From: Elsinoe ampelina
Taxonomy: Eukaryota
Direction: 5' to 3'
Length of the DNA stretch: 64,000 bases
Assembly: GCA_010093995.1 (NCBI GenBank)
Contig: ML992502.1
Location: 985,001 to 1,049,000, forward strand
Shown here in pieces: positions 38,357-48,546 of the stretch (position 1 is the first letter of the stretch; every line of letters begins with the position of its first letter). The translations under genes and the position numbers were made by a program. The notes below the pieces were generated by a model, which was given only the letters and a program-made list of their open reading frames with translations, was not told where the DNA came from and did not search any database.

Positions 38357-39322
38357 ATGTCTGGAATCAAGATCGTCATGGGCGGCTTGGGCATGGGCGA
38401 GGCCATGGCTGGCAGTAACCCGCTGGCAGGTGAAGCCGGCGTCAAGGAGCTCCTACCAAAGCTCAAGGAATTGGGTGTAGATACTCTGGACACGGCACAG
38501 TTGTACGGAGACTCGGAGAAGACTCTCGGCAACCTCGACGCTGGCAAGGACTTCATCATCGACACAAAGTGGTTTGGTGGTTTCAAGCCAGGCCACATCA
38601 CGAAGGACAGCGTCGTCTCTCTCGCCAAGCAGTCCATCGAGACCCTCAAGGTCAAGCAGGTCGACATCTTTTACATCCACGCGCCAGATGACTCTGTCCC
38701 AATCGAAGAGACCCTCGAGGGCGTCAACGAAGTCTACAAGCTCGGTCTCTTCAAACGTTTCGGTCTCTCCAACTACAAGGCCGAAGATGTTGAGAAGATT
38801 TACAACCTGGCCAAGGAGAAGGGCTACCCGGTCCCTCAAGCCTACCAGGGCAACTACTCCGCCGTCGCTCGTCTGCAGGAGACTGTCCTATTCCCAGTCC
38901 TCCGCAAGCTGAATATCTCCTTCTACGCCTACTCTCCGATCGCTGGAGGGTTTTTGACCAAGACTGCCGAGGACATTGAAAAGGGCGCTGGTCGATTCGA
39001 CAAGAATTCCCCGATCGGCGCCATGTACCACGGGATGTACGCGAAGCCCGCTTACATCAAAGCTCTCAAGGAGTGGGCCAGCATCGCCGAAGAGGTTGGC
39101 ATCAGCAAAGCCGAGCTGGCCTACAGGTGGGTTCGCTTCAACAGCCCACTGAAGCCTGAGTACGGCGACGCCATCATCATCGGAGGGAGGACCATCGATC
39201 AAGTCACTCAGACCCTTGCAGGTTTGAACAATGGTCCACTCCCGGACAGCGCACTCAAGAGGATTGATGCTGTCTGGGACACCATCAAGCACGAAGCACC
39301 TCTCGACAACTACCACAAGTAG
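38357..39322 (+). CDS. Aldo-keto reductase, aflatoxin aldehyde reductase (AKR7)-like
   Basis: LDTAQLYGDSE, IDTK, VDIFYIHAPD, FGLSNY, YQGNYS, FYAYSPIAGGFL. Confidence 0.92.
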   Translation: MSGIKIVMGGLGMGEAMAGSNPLAGEAGVKELLPKLKELGVDTLDTAQLYGDSEKTLGNLDAGKDFIIDTKWFGGFKPGHITKDSVVSLAKQSIETLKVKQVDIFYIHAPDDSVPIEETLEGVNEVYKLGLFKRFGLSNYKAEDVEKIYNLAKEKGYPVPQAYQGNYSAVARLQETVLFPVLRKLNISFYAYSPIAGGFLTKTAEDIEKGAGRFDKNSPIGAMYHGMYAKPAYIKALKEWASIAEEVGISKAELAYRWVRFNSPLKPEYGDAIIIGGRTIDQVTQTLAGLNNGPLPDSALKRIDAVWDTIKHEAPLDNYHK

Positions 39323-40209
39323 GCCAGTCTGATGGTGGTCACGAGTGCAAAGTGCTCCCAAGGAGCTCTGGCACGGAACTTGACAAGTAGTAAACTCAGC
39401 ATAAAATGTAGATATGAATCCAAAAGATACATGAGACAATCAACCGTCTCGATCCAGATTGTGGTTGAACATGGGTTGTCCCGAAAGGTAATTACCGTTA
39501 AACTATGTAGTGCCGCGGGGTTGTTGGCCCCATGTTTTGATTAATCTCTTCGCAATCTCTATCGTCCTCTTCTCCTCCACTTCATCCCAAACGACTCGCT
39601 CACTGCTACTTGATCCGGATTACCTCGACTCCATATCGTAAGTCCAGGATGGACCGATCCTCAAGCGATAAATAGACGTATCAGCGGGAAACCACTAATA
39701 TCTCATGTCAACCTCGAAAAACGTCTTTCAATAAGCTTATCCAACTAAAACGCTACACCGTTTCCAGGTTGTCAGAGTTACACCTGTCAGTGACTCTCTT
39801 GCCGCTTTCTGCCCGCCTTTGCCATTCATCGCCTTGCCTTCTGCCCACGGATCGTCCTTACGAACCATTGAGCCGTCTCAACGAGGATCTTTAGCGTCAA
39901 CTGTCGTGGTTGCGGGAGGGGATCCCTAACGCAATCCAGGACAAGCTATGCCAGAATCCATCTAACGGCAAGCTCTCGCCCATCTTTACCATACTTCTCT
40001 GCAGAGAGCTTGCCGCTCCGATGTTTCGCATAACGGATTGAAAGTGTATCTCAGTGAGAGAACAATCTACCCGTCGAGGTAGGTCAGCTCAGTATATTGG
40101 GCAGATACGCCACCCATCCAACATCTTTCTCTGGTTGGCTTTGCGTTTTTCAGATCGTCCTGTCCCATCTCCAGCCCAATCGCCAACTAGTCCAGCGACT
40201 GCCACCATA

Positions 40210-40891
40210 ATGAAGCTCTCTTCGCTCCTAGTCGCTGCTCCATTCCTCGCAACCTACACAGAGGCCTTCCCTGCTTCTCACTTCACCATCACTGCACTCG
40301 GTGATTTAGTTCCTTCAGGCTACACAGGGTACAAGTACTCGATACGCTTCTTGATCCGGGACAAGTTCAACAAGGCAACTCTGACCAGATGCCACTTTGA
40401 CTGGAAGAAGCAGACAAACTTTCCCGACAACTATGTAAGAGAGCTTCCCTTCCCGCATATCAACCTCACTGACAGTCCTACAGATCGACTGCGACGACAA
40501 GGCCTGGCAGTGGATGTACAATGGTGCCTATAAGGAGTGTGGATTCTCTCTCTCCCTAGCACACTCTAAGATCTCAAAGGATGGCACATACAGATACAAC
40601 ACCACATCATTCGCCACCATTTTACCTACACAAGTACCCTGCGGCGTCGGTGCAAGCAAGAACTTCACCTGCATCTACGGCGCTAGCGGTGCACAGCTTT
40701 GCGGCCTTGGAGAGGGGACTATCCTGCAGACGCCTGTCAGGAGTATCAAGACCAAGACAAGCAAGATCAAGAAGAAGCAGGCGGGTGCGGGAAAGAGGTC
40801 ATTCATCTACGAAGAGGAGGAGGTCATCAGTGAGGTTATGGAATACGACGATGGGTCGACGACTGACTTGATTGGACCTCTGACGGTCTAG
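40210..40891 (+). CDS. Small secreted Cys-containing protein, effector candidate (possibly AA1/Alt a 1-like fold)
   Basis: Signal peptide MKLSSLLVAAPFLATYTEA; intron 40435..40483 (GTAAGA...CTGAC...CAG) joins two ORFs in frame; 6 Cys; basic tract plus KR, then an acidic tail. Confidence 0.8.
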
Positions 40892-41085
40892 TTGCTGGCC
40901 ATTGTACAGAAAGAACAGTAATAGTAATGACTGCATTGGAAAGGAGCGATAAGGCTGCGAGAGACACCTTCGATATTGAATGTATATTTTCTAAAGAGCA
41001 GGTGGCTTGTGTGTTGGGTAAATGATTCAATTCGTACACATGGGTATCATCGCTATCAAGAACAGACCACAAATCCTACCAGATA

Positions 41086-42186
41086 TCACACTTCTGGTCC
41101 CTTCAGCCTGCTCAGCGCGCCTCTCAGAACCTCCCGCTCCGCCTCAATACCAGCTATGCGACCTTGCAGCTCAGCGATTCTGGCTTCTTTGCCCTTCAAC
41201 GCAGTCCTAACCAGATCCCTCCCCTTGATCACGCCCTGCAGCTTCATCTCATGTCTGGCCAAAGCTGCCCGCAGATCACCCTGTGCTTTCTCCCCAAGAC
41301 TCACGCCGTTCTTCTCCAGCAGATCAAAGACTTCCATACTCAAGGTCTGCCCAGCCATACTACCAGCCCCTTCAGCTGGCGGCGACCGCATTGCATCCCT
41401 GAACCTTCCCGTCATCGGACTCGTGCTCGGATCCTGCCCGTTCGTCTTCGTCAGACTCGGCGTCGGCAATCCATTCCCAGGACTTTTACTTGGCGTCTTC
41501 ACCTCCCCCTCATCATAATTCAACCACGGCAACTTCCTCTTTGTCGTAGCGACGGGTGTCACTTCCTCCACTTTCTGCCGCTTACTCGGCGTCTCCACCT
41601 CTCCTCTTGCCGTAGGAGGCCAACTCATCACATCATCCAGCTCATCCTCCGTCGTATCATCATCCACCTCCAACACCTCCCTCTTCCTCTTCTCCCCCTC
41701 ACCATTCGCCCCCCTCTCCTTCTTCCACATCGGGTTCGCCTCCCCCACGTCCTGCCCCTTCTCCTCGTCACGCACCCTATTCTCCCCCTCCCTCTCCCAC
41801 TCCTCAAACCTCCCCCCCTCCCCCCTCCCCAGCTTCCCTCCCTCCCCCTCCCCCTCCCTCCCCGGCTCCGTCGTCTTCCCCGCCAGAACCGTCTTCTCCT
41901 CCCTCACCTTCGCGTCGTCATCCCAGAGGAAAAACCCGCATCGTTTCCCCTCGCTGTTCTGGCACGTGTAGAACCAGCGCCCGTGGTTCTTGCCTTCTTT
42001 TTTCACGCGGAAGTGTTCGGCGGGTAGGCGAGGGGTGCAGTCGCAGTGCCAGGTGAGGGAGGTGAAGAGGCCGCGGTTGGTGGGGGCGCGGGAGGTCGGG
42101 GTCGAGGGGCCGTGGGTGGGGTGGGAGTAGCGGGTGGAGGGTTTGCGGGGGGTTGGGGCGGGGGTGCGGGGGCCGCGGCGGAACAT
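41086..42186 (-). CDS. GRF-type zinc finger protein with C-terminal coiled coil
   Basis: GLF...WHCDCTPRLPAEHFRVKKEGKNHGRWFYTCQ...RCGFFLW; C-terminal GVIKGRDLVR.AL..KEARIAELQGRI. Confidence 0.88.
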   Translation of the reverse strand: MFRRGPRTPAPTPRKPSTRYSHPTHGPSTPTSRAPTNRGLFTSLTWHCDCTPRLPAEHFRVKKEGKNHGRWFYTCQNSEGKRCGFFLWDDDAKVREEKTVLAGKTTEPGREGEGEGGKLGRGEGGRFEEWEREGENRVRDEEKGQDVGEANPMWKKERGANGEGEKRKREVLEVDDDTTEDELDDVMSWPPTARGEVETPSKRQKVEEVTPVATTKRKLPWLNYDEGEVKTPSKSPGNGLPTPSLTKTNGQDPSTSPMTGRFRDAMRSPPAEGAGSMAGQTLSMEVFDLLEKNGVSLGEKAQGDLRAALARHEMKLQGVIKGRDLVRTALKGKEARIAELQGRIAGIEAEREVLRGALSRLKGPEV

Positions 42187-45141
42187 GCTTGGGTTTGGAG
42201 ATGTATGATTTGGCGAGGAAGTTGTTATGAAATGATGGGGAGAGCGAGGGCCATGTTGGATTGAGAGCAATGCCATTCTCGAAGATGAGTGTTGGCAAGC
42301 TTGTGAAAGTGAGTGGCTGAACGACGTCAGTGTGGCTGGAGCTGCTCCGCGGAACTCAAGGGAACGCGGGCCGATCGGCCGAGGAGCTCTTATTTTGATT
42401 TCACTTCGCTTGACTCTGTTCCTTCTTCAACTGATGTATTTGCAATATTCATCGATGCAGACCAGACTGTGTCGTGCCACTACCCGGTCAAGCAATTCGG
42501 GCCTAATATACTAAATGGTCAATCCTGGACTTATGAATGTGTGACTTGTACAGTCCCCAGTCGTATTACCTACCCATTCGTGACCGGGTCGTCGACGACA
42601 TGTCTAAAAGTGACCGACACGGTTTGTCATGCCTTCTATTTTCTCATATGCCTATCGAATAAGCAGAAGCTATGTAGCATGGCACACAAGGAGTATTCTA
42701 TCTCGATGGGTGACGACAGGCTACCTGTCGCTCTGCCTGACATATGCCACTCGTGATTCAGAGTGATTCCAACTTCCCACAACTGGTGGTTTCTCGGAGG
42801 CCTATAGGCATCTTGACCTCGAACCTCGTACCGCAATCACCGCATGATCCGCACAAAAAGACGAACAACTCTCGCGACCCCCTTGGGCTCCCAGGTCTGC
42901 CATCTCCTCGCTCGTCAAAACTACGCCGCCACCTACGCCTTTCACTATTTAGCCAAATCGCCACCCGCCAACATACACCACGTGCAAGACTCGAACCCTG
43001 ACCAAAAAGGAAGCACCTTATCGGTGTTGGTTGTTCTTTGCAGAACCTCCCCCAAACTCATCTGGGCGACACGGATTGGGTACCGGGATCTATTTACACC
43101 GCTTACGATTGGTTTGATTATTTCACGAGCACACATGCATGACACCTTGGCCACTGGGAGAAGGGGGTTCGTTTAGCCAGACTGATTGACGTTGCTGGTT
43201 ACTCCTAATCTTCTCTTGAGGAAGGGGAGGGAGGAGAAGTTATATATACCTTTTGGGGGGTAGTGGGGGACTTTGCTGCTGCGACAGAAGCCGCGTGGGA
43301 TTCGATGATGCTACCTGCGATCAAATATACTGCGGATACCGACATGGTCTTGCCATGTAGGCATTCACTTCTAGATTCGAGAACTGATTTTATCACATGT
43401 AATTTGATGGGAAGAACACCAGGTACAGTTCCGATGTCTGCGATTCTCGCTTCACCGTTTGAAGTCTATGCTGGCGTTCGACCGGACAAACTACCAGGCC
43501 AATAGACAACAACAACGCCGCTTGCTCGGAGCAACATCACATGACCAAAAAGCGGACTGCGATTTGGCCTCTTGTCGCCTCCGGGAACGAAAGTACATCT
43601 ATCGTAACACTCATGGCTACCTTGGATTGGCAGAAAACCTAATCCGCAGGGCATGAGCGGTGTCTTCACCCATAGACAAGAGTGAACGTCCCCAGTGAGA
43701 CTGCAAGGCTTGCGGCGTCATGAGCTTGAGTCCACTTGCGATTCCTACCTCGGCTGACACCTATTCTGCCATCATTCTTGCTTTGTTTGAGCCAGAATGT
43801 AGTGATACATGACCTATCAGGGCATCTGCGGCATGTACTGGTAGGGAAAGTGGGGCGAATTCGGGTCTGAACACAAAATGGTCGAGCATAGTACAGATGG
43901 TGATGTGGCCATCAAGATAGAACATTTTATCGAATTCATATACAGTTATTTATAGCTAAACGATGTGATCATGTGTCATATACGAGAGAACCTCTCTCCG
44001 CGATGTCATGCATCTCCACTATGATAAGGACATGACCAATCCAAAAAGAACGTCCCCTACGCAACAATTGTAGCTCCATAGGATACCCGTGATTTTCTAG
44101 ACATTGTCACTTCGTACGCATCGAGTTCAAGCATCATGGGCAAGAGTCATGTCGAAGACTTTGGGTGGAAAACGTTCCCACGGCGGACACAGCAAAGATA
44201 AAGAGATATGGCCCAAGACAGAAGTCGTCAAAAATAGTCGAGACATGGGCACTCACCTGCCTCTACCACGACATCGCCACCACCCCGGAGAACCGCGACC
44301 GCATGCACCTCTCCTATCTCTTGACTTCGTCAGCCGCCAGATGCAGTGCCATGGCCCATACTCATCGATCGTTCTTGTCGATGCCCAGACGTAGCTTGAG
44401 CATTGGACAAACATTTCCTGTTCCTGCGACTGTTTGCACTTTGCAGAACGGCACCGGCGGCACGGCGCCACAAAACCAAAAGATTGACGACCTCTCGTTC
44501 GGCGCGTTTCAGGGCAATTTGTGCCGGGGACCACACGTCGATTTTTAACCGCGGGAAAAAGCCCCCTGTTGCCTCACCATTGTTTCTGCTTTCTCCATCC
44601 CCCTGCGACGAACTCTCCACCGTCAACCTTAGCACTGCGTTTTGCACTTCTTTCTGCCCTTCGACGTGCCGCCCTGTGGTCTTTGACACCTCCGCCACGA
44701 CTCTTGTCAGAGCTTGTCCTGTCCGGCCCTGTTTGAGCGACGAATAGTACCCAACCTGATCTGCATTACCTTCACCAGCCAGGGCCGTCGTCGTGGGATG
44801 AGAAGAGTACCAGACCTTCCACGAATGGGGACCCATCCGTTTACGCACTTGCTGCACACGGTCGTCGACGAATACCAGATCTTGTTTCAGTGAATCGCTG
44901 ACCGTAGCCGATGCATAGGGCATACATATCACTTGAAACCACCCTGGTAGGTGTCTTTCTCTTCACAGAGCCTCTTTCTAATCCCACTCTTCTCTGTGTG
45001 TCTGTTAGTCCGCCTTGAAGGTGTCGACACTCTTTTGTGCTTTCATTCTCACGGCCTTGACGGTCTTTACGCTCGCTGTTCTTTTCCACGAAACGCAGAT
45101 ACCCTCACCATCTTTGTTTATTCTTCAAGATCGATCACAGA

Positions 45142-46278
45142 ATGTCTCGCTACGGTTTCCTCGCCGCAGCTCTCGCTGCAGGTGCAGCTGCTCAGGCGGC
45201 CGCTACTCCTGACCCTGCCACCGGTATCACCTTCGCCACCTACAAGGAGGAGACCACTGGCGCTCAGTTCGGTCTTGTAGTCCCTCAGACCTTCACTGGT
45301 GACTTCATTGGTCAAATGATTGCACCGACTGGCAACAGCACTGGCTGGGTCGGCATGTCCCTCGGTCCATCCATGCTGAGCAACCTTCTCGTCACTGCTT
45401 GGCCCAACGAGCAGGAGATCGTCTCTTCCTTCCGTCTGGCCACCGACTACGCCCCGCCCGCCCCTTACCCGGCCGGCAACATCACTGCCACCCCAATCAC
45501 CACCGGCACCTTCGTCAACAGCACCCACTACGCCTACACCTTCCTGTGCACTGGCTGCCTCTCCGTCCAAGCCAACTGGCAAGGTAATGTGACTGGCACC
45601 GGCATCGGCTGGGCCTTGTCTACCAACGAGCTGGGCAACACCGCCAGTGCTAATGCTACACTCAACTTCCACAACGCCGGTCAGGGGATTTTCGTCCTAT
45701 CTCTCGCCGACGCTCAGTCCGCCGACTTTGCCAAATATGCCGCACTCGCTGGTAGTGGCTCTACGCCAACCGAGCCGGACGCCGGCAACAGTAACGGTGG
45801 TGGCAGCGATGGCGGATCCGGCGAGACACCAGGCGAAGGTGACGGGGGTGAGACTCCAGGTGACGGAAGTGAGATTCCAGGTGACGGGAGTGAGACCCCA
45901 GGTGGCGGGAGTGAGACTCCAGGTGACGGAAGTGATACTCCAGGTGACGGAAGCGAGACCCCAGGCGACGGCTCCGGCTCTCCCGCCCCTACCGGCGCTC
46001 CGTTCCCAACTGCGACCGGATCTCTCCCTGACCCCACCGAGCCAGAGCCAGAATCCCCCTTCTCCGCCCCAGCTCCCACAGGCGAGGCACCACGTCCCAC
46101 TCGCCGCCCCAGACCAAGCAAGAGCACAAAGACTTCGAGAAGGAGCGGCGCCAAGAGGGCGGCGCCGGCGCCGTTCAGGCCGGCGTTCAACCCAGAGGCC
46201 GCGTCGGGGAGTGATTTTGAGGAGGCGCAGAGGTTCAAGGCGAGTTTCTTGGATGGGTACTATAAGGGGAGCGAGTAA
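45142..46278 (+). CDS. Secreted stand-alone CDH-type cytochrome b (AA8/DOMON-like iron reductase domain) with repeat linker
   Basis: Signal peptide; DPATGITF...FGL..P...DFIGQMIAP...GWVGMSLGPSM..LLVTAWP...SSFRLATDY..P...NSTH...TFLCTGC...LNFHN, with putative Met/His heme ligands. No dehydrogenase domain. Confidence 0.85.
   Translation: MSRYGFLAAALAAGAAAQAAATPDPATGITFATYKEETTGAQFGLVVPQTFTGDFIGQMIAPTGNSTGWVGMSLGPSMLSNLLVTAWPNEQEIVSSFRLATDYAPPAPYPAGNITATPITTGTFVNSTHYAYTFLCTGCLSVQANWQGNVTGTGIGWALSTNELGNTASANATLNFHNAGQGIFVLSLADAQSADFAKYAALAGSGSTPTEPDAGNSNGGGSDGGSGETPGEGDGGETPGDGSEIPGDGSETPGGGSETPGDGSDTPGDGSETPGDGSGSPAPTGAPFPTATGSLPDPTEPEPESPFSAPAPTGEAPRPTRRPRPSKSTKTSRRSGAKRAAPAPFRPAFNPEAASGSDFEEAQRFKASFLDGYYKGSE
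45850..45975 (+). repeat. 21-bp coding tandem repeat x6 (ETPGDGS)
   Basis: GAGACTCCAGGTGACGGAAGT-like units. Confidence 0.9.
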
Positions 46279-46459
46279 GCATTTGATGTATGAGAGGAAG
46301 AGACAGACGGAGGAGTTCAGTAGAGGCAATAGACAGTGGATGTAATAACTTTCTCACGCTCGTTCAGAAGATTGATGAATACATATTCTCTGCAAAGAAG
46401 TCTTCCTCTACACGCCATACTTTACTCCAACACGATGCATCCCTACCCCCAACCCCAGT

Positions 46460-47832
46460 CTACTGCGCCTTTTTCCCATTCGCCTTCACCCCCTCCAACT
46501 CCCTCCTCCTCCTCTCCCTCGGCACCCTCCAACTCGTCTCCCACCCATACAACGCGCCCGACCCAAACACCAACCCGGCCCCCACCATCATCCTCCCACT
46601 GAGCACATGCCCAAACAACCACGTACTGAAGATAAAACTGACCAACTTGCGCACATTCAACACAATCGTCACCGTCACCGCCGAACTCCTGCTACTCAGC
46701 AAATTCACCCCAGAAATACACGCCAACTGCGTCGCGGCATTGACGGCCAGGAAGAACACCCCGGACGGCACATCCCTGCTCCACTCCGCGAGCCGCATCA
46801 CCCAAGGCCTCATCCCCTCCCCAAGCACAGGGGACTTTGCCAACGACCGCAACGCCCCCGCCACCCCCGGCGTAGCGGCGAGCGAAGCATACTGCCTCCG
46901 CAACACGGGCGCGACGGGGAGGAACAAAGGCAGGGACAAAAAGTGCGACCAGAAGAGATTCTCCCGCCACGTCGTCGTATAAGCGGCGTAGGTATCCTGG
47001 ACGAAAATCCCCATCCAAGCCGACAGGATCTGCGCGGCCAACAACAGCCCCAGCCCGGAAAGGAAGTTCCGCATCCCCTTGTCCGCGCCTGGCCCTGCGC
47101 CTGCGCCTGGCCCCTTGCCCCCTGTTTGTCCCGCCGCAGACGAACCCGTCGAGGGAGAGGATACTTTCCCCTTCCCCTCTGCGTCCGCCCACGCGCTCAC
47201 GATCACGCCGAACGTCAACAGCACCACGCTGAACGTCTGCAGCGGCGTGTACCTCTTCCCTCTCAGCCATCCGGCGAGCATAGTCCATACGCTCCCGAAC
47301 GAGCGCAGGATAATGTGCACGGGGACGGAGATGGAGAAGGCAAACGCCCAGTTGTTGAGCATGTTGACGGCGAAGAACATGCTTGCTATCAAGGCCCAGC
47401 GCGGGAAGGGGACGGGGGGTTTGTGGGGGGCGCTGGAGGGGGGATTGCGAGGGGAAGGGGAGGGAGAGGGGGAGAGTTGGGTTGGTAGGGAGAGGAGGGT
47501 GGCGAGGAGGAATTGGAGGGCGGTTATGAGGAGGCCTGGTGGGGGGAATGTCAGATGGGTAAATGAGGGAGGGAGGAGGAGAGAGGGAAAGGAAGGATGG
47601 GAGAGGAAAGGGAGAGGGGGCGTACCGCTATCGGGTTCTTGTCTAGATTTGGTTAGGGAATGTAGACAGGAATAGTGGGACGGCTGGCTTACTTGAGAAT
47701 CTCTTCCAGAGCGTAGACCTGCCTGTATCAGAATGTTACTCTTCGCCCTGTCGAGAGGGAAGATCTCACGTTCGAGCAACATCCTCCGAAGATGAGCGTG
47801 ATGATGCTCAACGGGCCGAACAGTTCTATCAT
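46460..47832 (-). CDS. YEA4: UAA-family nucleotide-sugar (UDP-GlcNAc) transporter
   Basis: LIFGGCCSN|VYALEEIL|KQEPDSG|LLITALQF...FFAVNMLNNWAFAFSISVPVHIILRSFGS...WRENLFWSHFLSLP...TVTIVLNVRKLVSFIFS; C-terminal KKAQ; three 5' introns. Confidence 0.9.
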
Positions 47833-48546
47833 GATTGCCGATGGAGAAGAAATCTGGATGGAAGTTAGTCGACGTTCAGTCGTTCTCAATTGAAGCTGGA
47901 TGGGTCTGGTGGAGCACGCGGGAGATATCGCCGGTGGTCGAGATCTCTTGAGGATGTGACACAAGATAGCAAAGCAGAGCCCGTACCTGTTTCCAATGCT
48001 AACAGGCCATGCCAGTATCCAACAACGCCTCCGGTATGCAATCGAAGATGATAGACCCAGAAAGTATCAAAGTTGACAAGAGCGCAAGGATGAAAAGGTT
48101 GTTCAAGTGTAGCCACATTGCAAGCTTCACGTGGTCGAAGCTTCGCCACCCTTGCTCGTCGGAGTAATGTCCGAGAACCTTGCTTGTCAAATCAAGGAGT
48201 GAAATTCGACACATCATTGTCAAAGAATTGGCACCATGATCAATTTTACATCATTTCATTGCACGGTCAGTCTATCTCATGTATCGAGGCAGACTGGTAC
48301 CTGCACGACATAACACATCGCCGGCTAGCTCGAGATACCGACGGCAACAACAAACGAAGCGATGAGCAGCAGGAAAAGAAATCGAGCTGATCATGATCGT
48401 GCTGCTCTTCTCCAGAAAGCCGGCACCAATATCCTCGACTTTGCCTGTCCATTGCATACCACCTCGTGATCCTATCCCGCTTGCGCCAAGCAGAGAGTCG
48501 TTGCAGCCAGTCTGGAGGAGATTAAGGAGTCATGAGCTGTATTCAT

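Noticed and set aside
42980..43060. Minus-strand GGTTCGAGTC, tRNA T-loop/B-box-like
   Set aside because: T stem does not pair; no acceptor, D or anticodon arms.
43205..43217. Minus-strand AGAGAAGATTAG resembles the U6 snRNA core
   Set aside because: No ACAGAG box, and neither the following CATGGCCCC stem nor other U6 segments are present.
43650..43730. GCATGAGCGGTG... resembles the start of a fungal TPP riboswitch
   Set aside because: Lacks the CTGAGA-ATAC, TTGATC and AATACCAGCG core; no thiamine gene nearby.
44330..44932. 200-aa minus-strand ORF
   Set aside because: No recognisable motif and it lies in the AA8 promoter; likely spurious, though not excluded.
35778..47832. Secondary-metabolite or glycosylation gene cluster (GT8, AKR, AA8, YEA4)
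   Set aside because: No backbone enzyme or pathway regulator; genes are interspersed with unrelated housekeeping genes.
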